Part shown: positions 17,995 through 27,911 of the stretch, piece after piece
Layout: every line of letters starts with the position of its first letter
How positions within the stretch are numbered: the stretch's first letter is position 1
Assembly (NCBI GenBank): GCA_041737595.1
Contig: JBGSRK010000010.1
Coordinates: forward strand, 64,001 to 128,000
DNA: 64,000 nt
DNA from: Patescibacteria group bacterium
GTDB taxonomy: Bacteria > Patescibacteriota > CPR2 > UBA1875
Direction of reading: 5' to 3'
Notes under the pieces: model-generated
The model's database searches: none
What the model saw: the letters and a program-made list of their open reading frames with translations, nothing else
Told to the model about the DNA's origin: nothing
Program-made: the position numbers and the translations under genes

Positions 17995-18165
17995 TCATCG
18001 TCGAAATCTGCTTATGAGTTTTGACATGGCCATCCAAGTCTTAACCCAACTGCAGTTTCTCCTCTTAGAACAAAATCAACAGATTTTGTTCTTTTGAAGC
18101 AAATTACAAACAAGTTATAACGAGGATAATTATAACCGATTTATAGCTATTTATCAATAAATTTA

Positions 18166-18189
18166 AAAAGGAGCCAGTGGCTCCTTTTT
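18166..18189 (-). terminator. Intrinsic terminator after hup
   Basis: AAAAGGAGCCA-G-TGGCTCCTTTT inverted repeat. Confidence 0.75.
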
Positions 18190-18190
18190 A

Positions 18191-18463
18191 TTATCTAACT
18201 TCTTCTTTTAAACCTTTACCAGCACGGAAACGAGGAAGTTTCATACTTGGTATAGTGATTTCTTTCCCAGTTTGAGGATCACGTCCTCTGCGTTTAGCAA
18301 TTTGCCCAAGATAAAATGTTCCAAATGAAGTAATAGAAACTTTTTCGCCTTTTTTTATTTTTTCAGTTATTGATTCAACCATGCTATTCATTATTTTTTC
18401 AATTTCTCTTTTTGAATGGCCGGTCTTTGTTGCAAGTTCTGATACTAATTCTCTTTTTGTCAT
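18191..18463 (-). CDS. hup: HU family DNA-binding protein
   Basis: FGTF...RRGRDPQTG...PRFRAGKGLKE. Confidence 0.95.
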   Translation of the reverse strand: MTKRELVSELATKTGHSKREIEKIMNSMVESITEKIKKGEKVSITSFGTFYLGQIAKRRGRDPQTGKEITIPSMKLPRFRAGKGLKEEVR

Positions 18464-18490
18464 TTTTACTCCTTTTATTTCAACTTAAAT

Positions 18491-18519
18491 ATTTTATCAA
18501 TCGTTTATCCCTATGTCAA
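18491..18519 (-). promoter_or_regulatory. Sigma70-type promoter of hup
   Basis: TTGACA-17bp-TAAAAT with TG extension. Confidence 0.7.
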
Positions 18520-18531
18520 AGGATTTTTTTA

Positions 18532-19320
18532 TTATTTATCAATCCTTTTAATTTTTATTGGTTTAAATTCTTTATCAAATGAAATTAAAACTGAATTAAA
18601 AACACCTTTTCCATCGGCTACTTCAAATTTACCACCTGTACCCTTTATAAATCGTTCAAGTATAATTTCGCTTTTAACTCCAAGCACAGAATTTTTTGGA
18701 CCTGTCATTCCAACATCTGAAATATAAATGGTACCATTTTTTAGAATCTTTGCATCTGCTGTTGGAACATGTGTGTGAGTACCAATTACTGCTGATATCT
18801 TACCATCTGCATGAAACCCCATTGCAACTTTTTCTGATGTCATTTCTGCATGAAAATCTAGAATTGAAATATCATAATCTTTTTTGCTAGCAAGGATTTC
18901 ATCAAGTTTTTTAAATGGGTTAGAAGTTTTTTCATTTATTCCTTCTTTACCAAGAAGATTTATTATTAACAACCTGCCGAAAGAAGTTGTAAGAACACGA
19001 TAACCGTGACCTGGATATTTAGAGGTAAAGTTTGCTGGTCTTAAAACAGGCATTCCTTTTTTTGCGATATCTGTAATAAATGATTTTTCTCTCCAAACAT
19101 GATTACCTGTAGTAAAAAAATCTATTCCCACTTCGTGCATTTCAAGTAAAATATCGCGGTTAACACCTACTCTTTCAGAAAGATGTTCACCATTAGCAAT
19201 AACATAATCAATCTTATATTTTTCTCTTATTATCGGTAAATATTTTTTTACAGTATCTCGACCAGCTTTACCTATAATATCTCCGATAAATAATATGTTT
19301 ATTTCTTTTTTTGAGGTCAT
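18532..19320 (-). CDS. ymdB: YmdB-family metallophosphoesterase
   Basis: GDIIG, TGNH, DFHAEMTSEK and GTHTH motifs; downstream of rny. Confidence 0.93.
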   Translation of the reverse strand: MTSKKEINILFIGDIIGKAGRDTVKKYLPIIREKYKIDYVIANGEHLSERVGVNRDILLEMHEVGIDFFTTGNHVWREKSFITDIAKKGMPVLRPANFTSKYPGHGYRVLTTSFGRLLIINLLGKEGINEKTSNPFKKLDEILASKKDYDISILDFHAEMTSEKVAMGFHADGKISAVIGTHTHVPTADAKILKNGTIYISDVGMTGPKNSVLGVKSEIILERFIKGTGGKFEVADGKGVFNSVLISFDKEFKPIKIKRIDK

Positions 19321-19371
19321 TTTTTTCCTTCTTCAGTTAGATACTGATCCATTTATAATGGAAACCCCTGT

Positions 19372-20895
19372 TTATTTTGCGTATTCTACTGCCCTCGTCT
19401 CACGAATAACATTTACTTTAATTTGACCTGGATATTTAAGATCAGACTCAATTTTTCGGGCTACTTCTTTGGCTAATTTTTCAGCACCAAGATCGTCTAT
19501 TGCTTTAGGAGTAACCATCACACGAACTTCGCGGCCAGCTTGAATTGCAAAGGCTTTTTCAACCCCTTCAAAAGAAGTAGCTATGCCTTCTAGCTCAGTT
19601 AAGCGCTTAATATAATTATCCATTGAGTCTCTTCTTACCCCTGGGCGAGATGCAGAAATTGCATCAGCTGAAAGAATAATAATAGCTTCAACGGTTTTTG
19701 GTTCAACATCTTCATGATGAGCTTCAACTGCATGTTGTATTTCTTCAGAGATTCCATATTTTTTACAAATATCTCGAGAAATAATAGCATGAGAGCCAGT
19801 CATTTCTTGATCAATTGCTTTACCTATATCATGCAGGAGACCAGCTTTTTTCGCAATTGCAACATCTGCACCCATCTCAGCAGCCATTGTACCTGCAAGG
19901 TGTGCTGTTTCGATTGAGTGATCTAATACATTTTGAGAAAATGAGGTTCTAAATTTTAAACGGCCAATAACTTTTAAAAGTTCAACTGGAAGCCCAGCAA
20001 CACCAGTTTCATAGGCTGCTCTTTCTCCGGCTTCTTTAACAATTTTATCAATATCAGCTTGTGCTTTTTCAACAGCTTCTTCAATTTTTGAAGGATGAAT
20101 GCGACCGTCTGCTATTAAACGTTCTAGAGTTAGCTTAGCAACTTGTCGACGAACAGGGTCAAAACCTGAGATAACAATAGTTTCTGGAGTATCATCAACA
20201 ATAATATCGCAACCAGTTAATTTTTCGATTGCTTGGATATTTCTTCCTTCTCGGCCAATTATTCTTCCTTTCATTTCATCGCTTGGTAGGGTAATTGCAG
20301 TAACTGTGGATTCGGCGGTTTGATCTGAAGAAAGTCTTTGAATAGCAGTTGCAATTATTTCTCTTGCCTCTTTGTCTGCATCTTCTTTGGCGTCATCTTT
20401 TACTTTTCTAATTCTTTCAACAATATCTTTCTTATAATCTTTTTCTACCATTTCAAGTAATTTTTTTTGAGCATCGTCTTTTGAAAGTTTAGAAATCTTT
20501 TCTAAATTTTTTTCTTGTTTTTCTCGTAGGTCACGAAGATAATTTTTGTTTTCATCTATCTCTGCTTTATCTTTTTCTATTGCATCTCTTTTTGTGTCAA
20601 TATCTGTTAATTTTTTATCAATTGATTCTTCTTTGATCGCAAGTCTTTTTTCCAGGTCTAATAGGTCTGATCTTCTTTCCTTTTCTTCTTTTTTTGCAAT
20701 GTCAGTAATTTTTGAGGCTTCTTCTTTTGCATTAAGAATTGTTTCCTTTGCTTCGGACTTTGCGCTATCAATTACTTTTTGGGCCTGGGCTTCAGCATTT
20801 GAGGTTTGTGTTTTTGCTTTTACGTTGCGCGCCACCCAACCAGAAACACCCCCAGCCGTAAGCCCGACTACAAGCCAAACTAATATCGGTGTCAT
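19372..20895 (-). CDS. rny: Ribonuclease Y
   Basis: TM + coiled coil + KH (GRIIGREGRNI) + HD (HDIGK); start moved to the ATG after AAGGAGA. Confidence 0.96.
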   Translation of the reverse strand: MTPILVWLVVGLTAGGVSGWVARNVKAKTQTSNAEAQAQKVIDSAKSEAKETILNAKEEASKITDIAKKEEKERRSDLLDLEKRLAIKEESIDKKLTDIDTKRDAIEKDKAEIDENKNYLRDLREKQEKNLEKISKLSKDDAQKKLLEMVEKDYKKDIVERIRKVKDDAKEDADKEAREIIATAIQRLSSDQTAESTVTAITLPSDEMKGRIIGREGRNIQAIEKLTGCDIIVDDTPETIVISGFDPVRRQVAKLTLERLIADGRIHPSKIEEAVEKAQADIDKIVKEAGERAAYETGVAGLPVELLKVIGRLKFRTSFSQNVLDHSIETAHLAGTMAAEMGADVAIAKKAGLLHDIGKAIDQEMTGSHAIISRDICKKYGISEEIQHAVEAHHEDVEPKTVEAIIILSADAISASRPGVRRDSMDNYIKRLTELEGIATSFEGVEKAFAIQAGREVRVMVTPKAIDDLGAEKLAKEVARKIESDLKYPGQIKVNVIRETRAVEYAK

Positions 20896-20917
20896 TTTCT
20901 CTCCTTTTCTCAACACT

Positions 20918-21101
20918 TAAAAGGCGGTTGAGTATAAGCCGCAAGCTGACAATATTTAGTCACATAACCTAGGTAGTTTTTAACTAGCCTGATTATTTAT
21001 ATTTGAGATTTAAAGACAAAATAATATTTTGAGTCGGATTAATATGAATTTTTTAATATATTTTAGTTTCTCTAGGTTGTCAGCTTTTTATTTTAATTTC
21101 T
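20918..21101 (-). ncRNA. Candidate structured RNA (6S-like or leader) upstream of rny
   Basis: Long-range pairs AAGCTGACAA/TTGTCAGCTT and AACCTAG/CTAGGTT; consensus promoter upstream; hairpin plus U-tract downstream. Confidence 0.45.
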
Positions 21102-21107
21102 AATTGG

Positions 21108-21136
21108 ATTATAGCTCAAAATTAACTATTTTGCAA
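21108..21136 (-). promoter_or_regulatory. Sigma70-type promoter
   Basis: TTGCAA-17bp-TATAAT. Confidence 0.7.
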
Positions 21137-21172
21137 TCTGTATTTTTCTCTATTTTAAAGTAAAATAGAGTT

Positions 21173-22030
21173 ATGAAACCAAAAATTTCTTACCATTTTG
21201 CAAAACTTCCATTAACAAAACTTCATTATGCTAAATGTGGTAATGGAGAACCACTTATTATTGTCCCTGCAACTATCTCTGAAATTGATAATTGGAAAGG
21301 TTTAATTGAATTTTTTGGGCAAAAATATACTGTATATTTTTTTGAACTTCCGGGCCATGGTAAATCAGAAAAGTTTTCAGGTAGATTTAAAAGCGAACTT
21401 GTTACGAAAACAGTCTCTGATTTAATTGACTTTTTAGGCTATAAAAAAGTAAATTTGATGGGTTTTTCTTTTGGAGGTATTTTAACAATTAAAATTTTAA
21501 ATAAACTTACTTCAAAAATAGAAAAAACTATTTTAGTATCCCCTTGTTTAACAAATAAAGCACTTACTCATAAAAAATGGCAACTTTTGTCTATTAGATT
21601 ATTAACTAAAATATTGCGACCAAAAATATCTCAAAAAATTATTTTAAAAATAATGCATGGTCAAAGAACATCAAAAATCATAATGTGGATATTAGAAAAA
21701 ATTGGTAAAGTTGAACATTTGAATGAATTAAGAAAAAAAATACTCATATTCCCAGCGGAAAAACTAGATGTTGTTATATATCAAATAGATGAAATCCTAA
21801 ATACTAATTTTAAATATATTAAAGAACAATTTGAAAATAAATTATATTTTGCAATGTCTACAAATGACCCTTTGCTTAATTATCAAACCACTGAAAATGA
21901 AATAAAAAGACTATTTAAAAAAACCTACATCCATAAATTTGACTTCCCTTATCACCAACCCCCAAAACCATTTACTTGTGAAGGATTAAATGAAAATTAT
22001 AGAGATTTACTAAGTGAAATAGTTAAATAG
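21173..22030 (+). CDS. Alpha/beta hydrolase
   Basis: LPGHGKS, GFSFGG, NDPLL and YHQ. Confidence 0.85.
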   Translation: MKPKISYHFAKLPLTKLHYAKCGNGEPLIIVPATISEIDNWKGLIEFFGQKYTVYFFELPGHGKSEKFSGRFKSELVTKTVSDLIDFLGYKKVNLMGFSFGGILTIKILNKLTSKIEKTILVSPCLTNKALTHKKWQLLSIRLLTKILRPKISQKIILKIMHGQRTSKIIMWILEKIGKVEHLNELRKKILIFPAEKLDVVIYQIDEILNTNFKYIKEQFENKLYFAMSTNDPLLNYQTTENEIKRLFKKTYIHKFDFPYHQPPKPFTCEGLNENYRDLLSEIVK

Positions 22031-22573
22031 TTATAGTTTTAGATATTTTTTTAATTTCTCAAAAGCTAATCTTCTCATACTAATTTTGTTTTTTTCTGCA
22101 GGTGACATTTCTGCAAAAGTTTTATTATAACCTTCTGGAATGAATATTGGTTCCCAACCAAAATCACTTGAACCCATTTGATCAACAATTTTCCCTAAAT
22201 TTTCACCTTTAAAAAATTTTATTTCATCTCTGTTTTTTGCATATCCAATTAGTGTTACTGCTCTTGCCCCATCTTTACCTATTTTTTTAGCAATATTTGA
22301 AAGACCAGTATTCCCAATCGTTTTCATAAACCATTTAATTAACGGTCCAGGTAAATCTTTCCCTAGAGCTTCCATATATAATGAAGTATCTTCAACAATA
22401 AATGGTCCTTTGTGATGTTTAAATGCTTCTTTTAATTTTTCATTGATTATTTTATGTGGGTCGATTTCTTGTATTTCTGGCAAATCAATATCAATCCCTT
22501 CGATCTTATCATCCCCTAATATAGCTTTTGCTTCAGCTAATTTAAATTTACTCCCAGTAATAAAATATATCAT
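22031..22573 (-). CDS. rdgB: Ham1/RdgB non-canonical purine NTP pyrophosphatase
   Basis: EIQ, VEDTSL, PGPLIKWF, FGWEPIF and KISMR. Confidence 0.9.
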   Translation of the reverse strand: MIYFITGSKFKLAEAKAILGDDKIEGIDIDLPEIQEIDPHKIINEKLKEAFKHHKGPFIVEDTSLYMEALGKDLPGPLIKWFMKTIGNTGLSNIAKKIGKDGARAVTLIGYAKNRDEIKFFKGENLGKIVDQMGSSDFGWEPIFIPEGYNKTFAEMSPAEKNKISMRRLAFEKLKKYLKL

Positions 22574-22971
22574 TTTAATCCTTTAGGTTTAGTTATTATT
22601 GGTTCTGAGCCATAGAATGGCAATGCGATTTTTTTTGGATCGTCTAAATTAATTATTTTTTTTGTCTTTGTTTCGTAAATTGGTATATTAAGAGCAAATG
22701 CAATACCATTAGCAAAAGAAATACCTATTCTAAGACCCGTAAAACTTCCTGGTCCAACAAAAACACAAATACCCAATAAATCACCGGGTTTAATAATAGA
22801 TTCATTGAAAATATCGGTGTACTTTTTTGAAAGAGTAGCTGAAAGTTCTCTCCCTGCCATCCAAGTAATCGATTTTATAATTTCTTTTGATTTACAAATA
22901 GAAATAGTAGCTTCTACATCTGCTGTATCAATATATAAAATGTAATTATCTGATTTCAAGTTCTCTTTCAT
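22570..22971 (-). CDS. tsaB: t6A biosynthesis protein TsaB (short form)
   Basis: IDT and GPGSFTGLRIG motifs. Confidence 0.9.
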   Translation of the reverse strand: MKENLKSDNYILYIDTADVEATISICKSKEIIKSITWMAGRELSATLSKKYTDIFNESIIKPGDLLGICVFVGPGSFTGLRIGISFANGIAFALNIPIYETKTKKIINLDDPKKIALPFYGSEPIITKPKGLK

Positions 22972-23359
22972 GTTCACCTTTCCATTTAAAATTAATTGAA
23001 GTATATTTACTCGGTTTAAAATCTCCTAATCTATCTGCCCATTCAACTGCTAAAACACCATTTTTATCTTTAATTGCTTCTTCTATTAAAAGTTTTATAT
23101 CCTGGTCTAACACTTCTTCTCTATATAAATCAAAATGATAAAGACTAATTTTAGGTCCGTTATAAATTTTTTCATATGTAAATGTTGGGCTTGTTATATC
23201 TTCTGAAATTAAAAGCCCTTTAGCTAACCCTTTTACAAATTGAGTCTTTCCACCGCCGAGCTCTCCGGACAATAGAAAAACTTCGCCACCTTTGCATTTT
23301 TTGCCATAGGTTTCTCCAATATTTTTCGTATCCTTCTCGCTCGATGTTAAATGTAGCAA
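22946..23359 (-). CDS. tsaE: t6A biosynthesis ATPase TsaE
   Basis: GELGGGKT, SPTF, HFDLYR and VEWA. Confidence 0.94.
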   Translation of the reverse strand: MLHLTSSEKDTKNIGETYGKKCKGGEVFLLSGELGGGKTQFVKGLAKGLLISEDITSPTFTYEKIYNGPKISLYHFDLYREEVLDQDIKLLIEEAIKDKNGVLAVEWADRLGDFKPSKYTSINFKWKGEHERELEIR

Positions 23360-24521
23360 ATATTTTTTCCTTGTTTACGTATAAAGTATAGGCAAAGGCA
23401 GAAAAAATTGCTACCCCGATAAATATTATTCCAAGCATTTTATCTGAAGGACTAGTGTTATTAAATGGTTTATCAAATATATTACTTATTTTGGGTTCAT
23501 TTTGTGACCCCATTACCTCAGCTGAAGGGACTGTCCCCTTTTTTGTTTTAATTTTTATGTCTGATGCTTCTGTTTTTTTTTGGGACATAACTGCCCCTAA
23601 AGTATCTGTAATTGATTCATATGTAATAATATTCTTTGCCGCAGGAGTTGGGGTTTTTGTCCATTGCCATTTTTCACCATTAAAAGCATATGAATAACCT
23701 TTTTTTGAGGCCCCAAAACTTGTACCACTATCATCAAAAATAACTCCCATACCATCTATTAATACTAACCCATCACCATCATTATTTAATGATATGCCGG
23801 TTTTATCAGAATAAAAAACCATATACTGGCCTTCTGAAATATTTATTCCTTCTGGAACTGTATATTTTTTTATACTTCCAAGTTTATCTGAAATTATTAG
23901 GCCTGAAATATCCTTTGAAACTTCAGAATTATATATTTCAAACCATTCTTTACCATCTTCGGGGGATGGCATAATTTCTGTTAAACATAAACCACTATAA
24001 TCCTTGTTATTAATTATTTGTTTTTCATAGAAATCATAATAGTTATTATCTGTGTCAGTTGTATTTTTACGGTACCAAATATTGTTTTTAGCAGATGGAG
24101 CAGGCTTTGTTTCAAAATCTGACGACTTACCAAAACCAACTTTATCAACTATTGTTTTACCCGAATCAGAAAAAAGTATTATCGAGTTATCTTCAGATAT
24201 AGAATAATCTGTGGAATAATAAATGTCTGGATTTTCAGTACTATCTTTGTGCCCTATTATTAATGACTCATTTGGCCTGATTTCTGCTGAGGGGAATTCT
24301 GTAATTAAATTGTATTTACTCCCTGATGCAGTTTTTTTAGCAAGTTGCCAACCTATAATATTAATATTTTCAGATGAAATATTTCTTAGTTCAACAAACT
24401 CATCAGTAGTTTTTTCACCAGCCACTTTATAAGAATAAATTATTATATTGTTTGATACGGCAAATACAGGAAGTTGGACAGATAATAATAAACAAAATAA
24501 TATTATCATTTTAATAAACAT
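23220..24521 (-). CDS. Exported protein with two lamin-tail domains and a C-terminal TM
   Basis: Signal peptide; EFVELRN and EWFEIYN; LNNDGD; PTPAAKN. Confidence 0.82.
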   Translation of the reverse strand: MFIKMIILFCLLLSVQLPVFAVSNNIIIYSYKVAGEKTTDEFVELRNISSENINIIGWQLAKKTASGSKYNLITEFPSAEIRPNESLIIGHKDSTENPDIYYSTDYSISEDNSIILFSDSGKTIVDKVGFGKSSDFETKPAPSAKNNIWYRKNTTDTDNNYYDFYEKQIINNKDYSGLCLTEIMPSPEDGKEWFEIYNSEVSKDISGLIISDKLGSIKKYTVPEGINISEGQYMVFYSDKTGISLNNDGDGLVLIDGMGVIFDDSGTSFGASKKGYSYAFNGEKWQWTKTPTPAAKNIITYESITDTLGAVMSQKKTEASDIKIKTKKGTVPSAEVMGSQNEPKISNIFDKPFNNTSPSDKMLGIIFIGVAIFSAFAYTLYVNKEKIFATFNIEREGYEKYWRNLWQKMQRWRSFSIVRRARRWKDSICKRVS

Positions 24522-24669
24522 AAGTATATTATAATACTTATGTTTGGATACTCAAGAGTTATTTATAAAAAATCATTATTATATAGCCAAAAAAAATATA
24601 ACTTTTTTTCTGCTTTTTTTAGTCCTCTTAGTGCGTTAAAATAATATTATCATATTGGAGGGGAAGTAC

Positions 24670-26625
24670 TTGATTAAACTAAAAACTGAAGAGTTAAAAA
24701 AACTATTAACTAGCAATCATCTTATTACCGATGCAAAAATTATTGAGATTGAAAAGCTTGCCGAAAGCCAACATAAATCTTTTCAAGATATGCTAGTAGA
24801 TAAGAAAGTGATTACTGAAAAAGACCTAGTAAAAATTTATGGTCAAGCTTTTGACATTCCATATATTGATCTCTCACAAATTGAAGTTAAAAAAGATATT
24901 TTAAATAGGCTATCAGAAAAAATTGCTAGAAGATACCAAGCGGTTGTTTTTGATGAAGAAGAAGGTGCACTTTCACTAGCAATGGCAGACCCATTAGATG
25001 TTCAAGCTGAACAATTTATAGAAAAAGAGTTAGGATATTCAACAAAAGTATATATATCATCATCTTCAGATATTTCCCAAATTTTAGATTTATATAAAGA
25101 AGGAATATCTTCAGAAATTTCAAAAGTAATTAAAGATACAGAAGAAATTTCAATAGACGAAGAAGGTATAGAAGAAAATGCTTCTGCAGAAAATGTACAA
25201 GAAATTGTTCAAGAAGCCCCAATAGCAAGAGCTTTAAATATAGTTTTAGAATATGCAGCTAAATCAAGAGCCTCTGATATCCATATTGAACCAAGAGAAG
25301 GTTTTATACAGGTTAGATTTAGAGTTGATGGCATTCTTCAAGACACAATGACACTCCCAAGACAGATTCTTTCAGCAATTGTTACAAGAATTAAAATTTT
25401 ATCAAACCTAAGAATTGATGAACACCGAATCCCTCAAGATGGGAGAATAAAGATAAAAGTTGGGACAAGAACTATTTCAATTCGTGTTTCAACGCTTCCA
25501 ATTATTGATGGTGAAAAAGTTGTTATGAGACTTTTAGATGAATCAAATAAAGCTCCAACTCTTGAGGAACTTGGTTTTTCTGGAATGGCACTTTTGGGTA
25601 TAAAAACAGCCCTATCACAACCACATGGTATGCTTCTCGTAACAGGACCAACGGGTTCTGGAAAATCGACAACGCTTTATTCAGCAATTTCTATGCTTAA
25701 TTCAATGGAAGTAAATATTTCTACTGTTGAAGACCCTATTGAATATAAAATACCAGGGGTAAACCAAACTCAAGCAAATGTAAAAGCAGGGATGACTTTT
25801 GCTTCTGGTTTGAGAGCCCTTTTAAGACAAGATCCTGACATAATAATGGTAGGTGAAGTAAGAGATAAGGAAACTGCCGAAATGGCTGTCCACGCTGCCC
25901 TAACAGGTCATGTGGTTCTTTCTACTCTTCATACAAACAATGCGGCTGGTTGTCTCCCAAGACTTTTAGATATGGAAGTTGAACCTTTTCTTATTGCCTC
26001 AACCGTTAATGCTGTAATTGGCCAAAGATTAGTAAGAAAACTTTGTCCAGAATGTCGAGAGGCATATCAAGTATCTAAAGAAGAAATTGAGGAAATTATT
26101 AATGCTTTCGACCTCGATCGTAATTTCCTTTCCACTACTCCTCCAAAAGAAGCTATACGTGAAATACAAAAAGTTACAGCAAATTATGGTGAAAAAATAA
26201 TTGCAGCCCCAAAAACAATTACTCAAAAAGAATCAATATTAGATCGAATTGCAAAAGACCCTAATATAATTAATCGTTCTCTTTCTGAAGCGGACAAAAA
26301 TGAAGGTGTATCAATTGGAGAAACTATATTTTCAAATGAAGATAAAAAAAGTGTATCGCATAATCACGAACTTTCATTAACACTTTATCGGGCAAAAGGG
26401 TGTAAAAAGTGCGCATCTACTGGCTATTTGGGAAGAGTTGGAATATATGAGGTACTTCAAGTGACAGAAAAAATTGGCTCAATGATAATTTCCCATGCTT
26501 CAACAGATACAATTCAAAAAGAAGCAGTAACAGGTGGAATGGTTACAATGGCACAAGATGGATTTATTAAATCATTAATCGGAGTAACGAGTGTTGAGGA
26601 AGTAATGAGAGTCACAAGAGAATAA
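24670..26625 (+). CDS. pilB: Type IV pilus assembly ATPase PilB/GspE
   Basis: ASDIHIEP, GPTGSGKST, LRQDPDIIMVGE and CPEC/CKKC; TTG after GGAGGGG. Confidence 0.95.
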   Translation: MIKLKTEELKKLLTSNHLITDAKIIEIEKLAESQHKSFQDMLVDKKVITEKDLVKIYGQAFDIPYIDLSQIEVKKDILNRLSEKIARRYQAVVFDEEEGALSLAMADPLDVQAEQFIEKELGYSTKVYISSSSDISQILDLYKEGISSEISKVIKDTEEISIDEEGIEENASAENVQEIVQEAPIARALNIVLEYAAKSRASDIHIEPREGFIQVRFRVDGILQDTMTLPRQILSAIVTRIKILSNLRIDEHRIPQDGRIKIKVGTRTISIRVSTLPIIDGEKVVMRLLDESNKAPTLEELGFSGMALLGIKTALSQPHGMLLVTGPTGSGKSTTLYSAISMLNSMEVNISTVEDPIEYKIPGVNQTQANVKAGMTFASGLRALLRQDPDIIMVGEVRDKETAEMAVHAALTGHVVLSTLHTNNAAGCLPRLLDMEVEPFLIASTVNAVIGQRLVRKLCPECREAYQVSKEEIEEIINAFDLDRNFLSTTPPKEAIREIQKVTANYGEKIIAAPKTITQKESILDRIAKDPNIINRSLSEADKNEGVSIGETIFSNEDKKSVSHNHELSLTLYRAKGCKKCASTGYLGRVGIYEVLQVTEKIGSMIISHASTDTIQKEAVTGGMVTMAQDGFIKSLIGVTSVEEVMRVTRE

Positions 26626-26626
26626 T

Positions 26627-27835
26627 ATGAAAACATATAACTATTTAGCAAAAAATAATAAGGGTGAAATTTCCAAAGGTTCATTAGAAGCTGAAAATAA
26701 TGAATCAGCAGCAGAAGCAATAGAAAACCAATCACTTACACCAATTTCAATAAAAGCAAAAGAGAAAACAGATGTAATCGCTTATATAAATACAATTGGC
26801 TCAATCCCTACTTCAGAAAAAGTAATGTTTGCAAAACAACTTGCAACTTTAATTTCTGCTGGAATTCCTATTTCACAATCAATGCATATTTTAGAATCTC
26901 AAACTCAAAATGATAAATTAAAAAAAGCAGTTGTTGAGATTGCAGCTGATATTGAGGGGGGTCTTTCACTTTCTTCAGCGATGGAAAAACAAAAAGGTGT
27001 TTTTAATGCATTGTATGTAAGTATGATAAAGGCTGGTGAAGTCGGGGGGATTCTTGAACAAACTCTTGAAAAAATTTCTGAAGAGATTGAAAAAGAACAT
27101 GACCTTGTAGTAAAAATTAGAGGAGCAATGGCTTACCCTGCAGTTATATTTGTTGCAATGATTGGGGTTGTAATATATATGGTTACCTCTATTATTCCTC
27201 AAATTGGAAAAATATTCGGAGAATTAGGTGGTAAATTACCCGCAAGTACCCAATTTATGATGGATTTGAGTGAGATAATTAAGAATTATGGTATTTTAAT
27301 CGCAATTGGAATTGCATTCTCAATTTTTGGAATTAGAATTCTATTAAAACGTAATGATAAATTTAGATATAATTTCCATAAAATTCTAAATAAACTCCCA
27401 TTATTTGGCAAATTAATTGTTAAGGTTAATGTTTCTAGATTTTCAAGAACACTTGGATCGCTTCTTTCTTCTGGGGTAACGGTTCTTGAGGCTATGAAAG
27501 TTGCTGCAAATACAATCCAAAATGAAGTTTTTAGAAAAGAAATAAAAGAAGCCGCAGAAAAAGTAAAAAATGGCTCCTCTGTTGCAGATTCACTAAAAAA
27601 TTCTAAAAATTTTCCTATGATTGTTTCTCAGATGATTGCCGTTGGAGAAGAAACTGGAACAATGGATAAAATATTAGATAAACTCACCGAATATTATGAA
27701 AAGGAAATTTCGAATGCTGTGGGAACACTTTCAAGTCTTATAGAGCCATTAATGATGATCATTGCAGGTATTGTTGTAGGGTTTATTGTTATATCAGTTA
27801 TATCTCCAATATATGAGATGGGTAATTTATTTTAA
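26627..27835 (+). CDS. pilC: Type IV pilus platform protein PilC/GspF
   Basis: Two T2SSF repeats (AGEVGG, VGEETG; YP and IEP). Confidence 0.94.
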   Translation: MKTYNYLAKNNKGEISKGSLEAENNESAAEAIENQSLTPISIKAKEKTDVIAYINTIGSIPTSEKVMFAKQLATLISAGIPISQSMHILESQTQNDKLKKAVVEIAADIEGGLSLSSAMEKQKGVFNALYVSMIKAGEVGGILEQTLEKISEEIEKEHDLVVKIRGAMAYPAVIFVAMIGVVIYMVTSIIPQIGKIFGELGGKLPASTQFMMDLSEIIKNYGILIAIGIAFSIFGIRILLKRNDKFRYNFHKILNKLPLFGKLIVKVNVSRFSRTLGSLLSSGVTVLEAMKVAANTIQNEVFRKEIKEAAEKVKNGSSVADSLKNSKNFPMIVSQMIAVGEETGTMDKILDKLTEYYEKEISNAVGTLSSLIEPLMMIIAGIVVGFIVISVISPIYEMGNLF

Positions 27836-27842
27836 TATTGAT

Positions 27843-27871
27843 TTGACATTAAAGAGTAAAGTTATCATAAT
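27843..27871 (+). promoter_or_regulatory. Promoter of the major pilin
   Basis: TTGACA-17bp-CATAAT. Confidence 0.65.
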
Positions 27872-27911
27872 TTAGAAGTAACTCAAAATGAGTTAGAAAG
27901 GGGGTGAAAAA

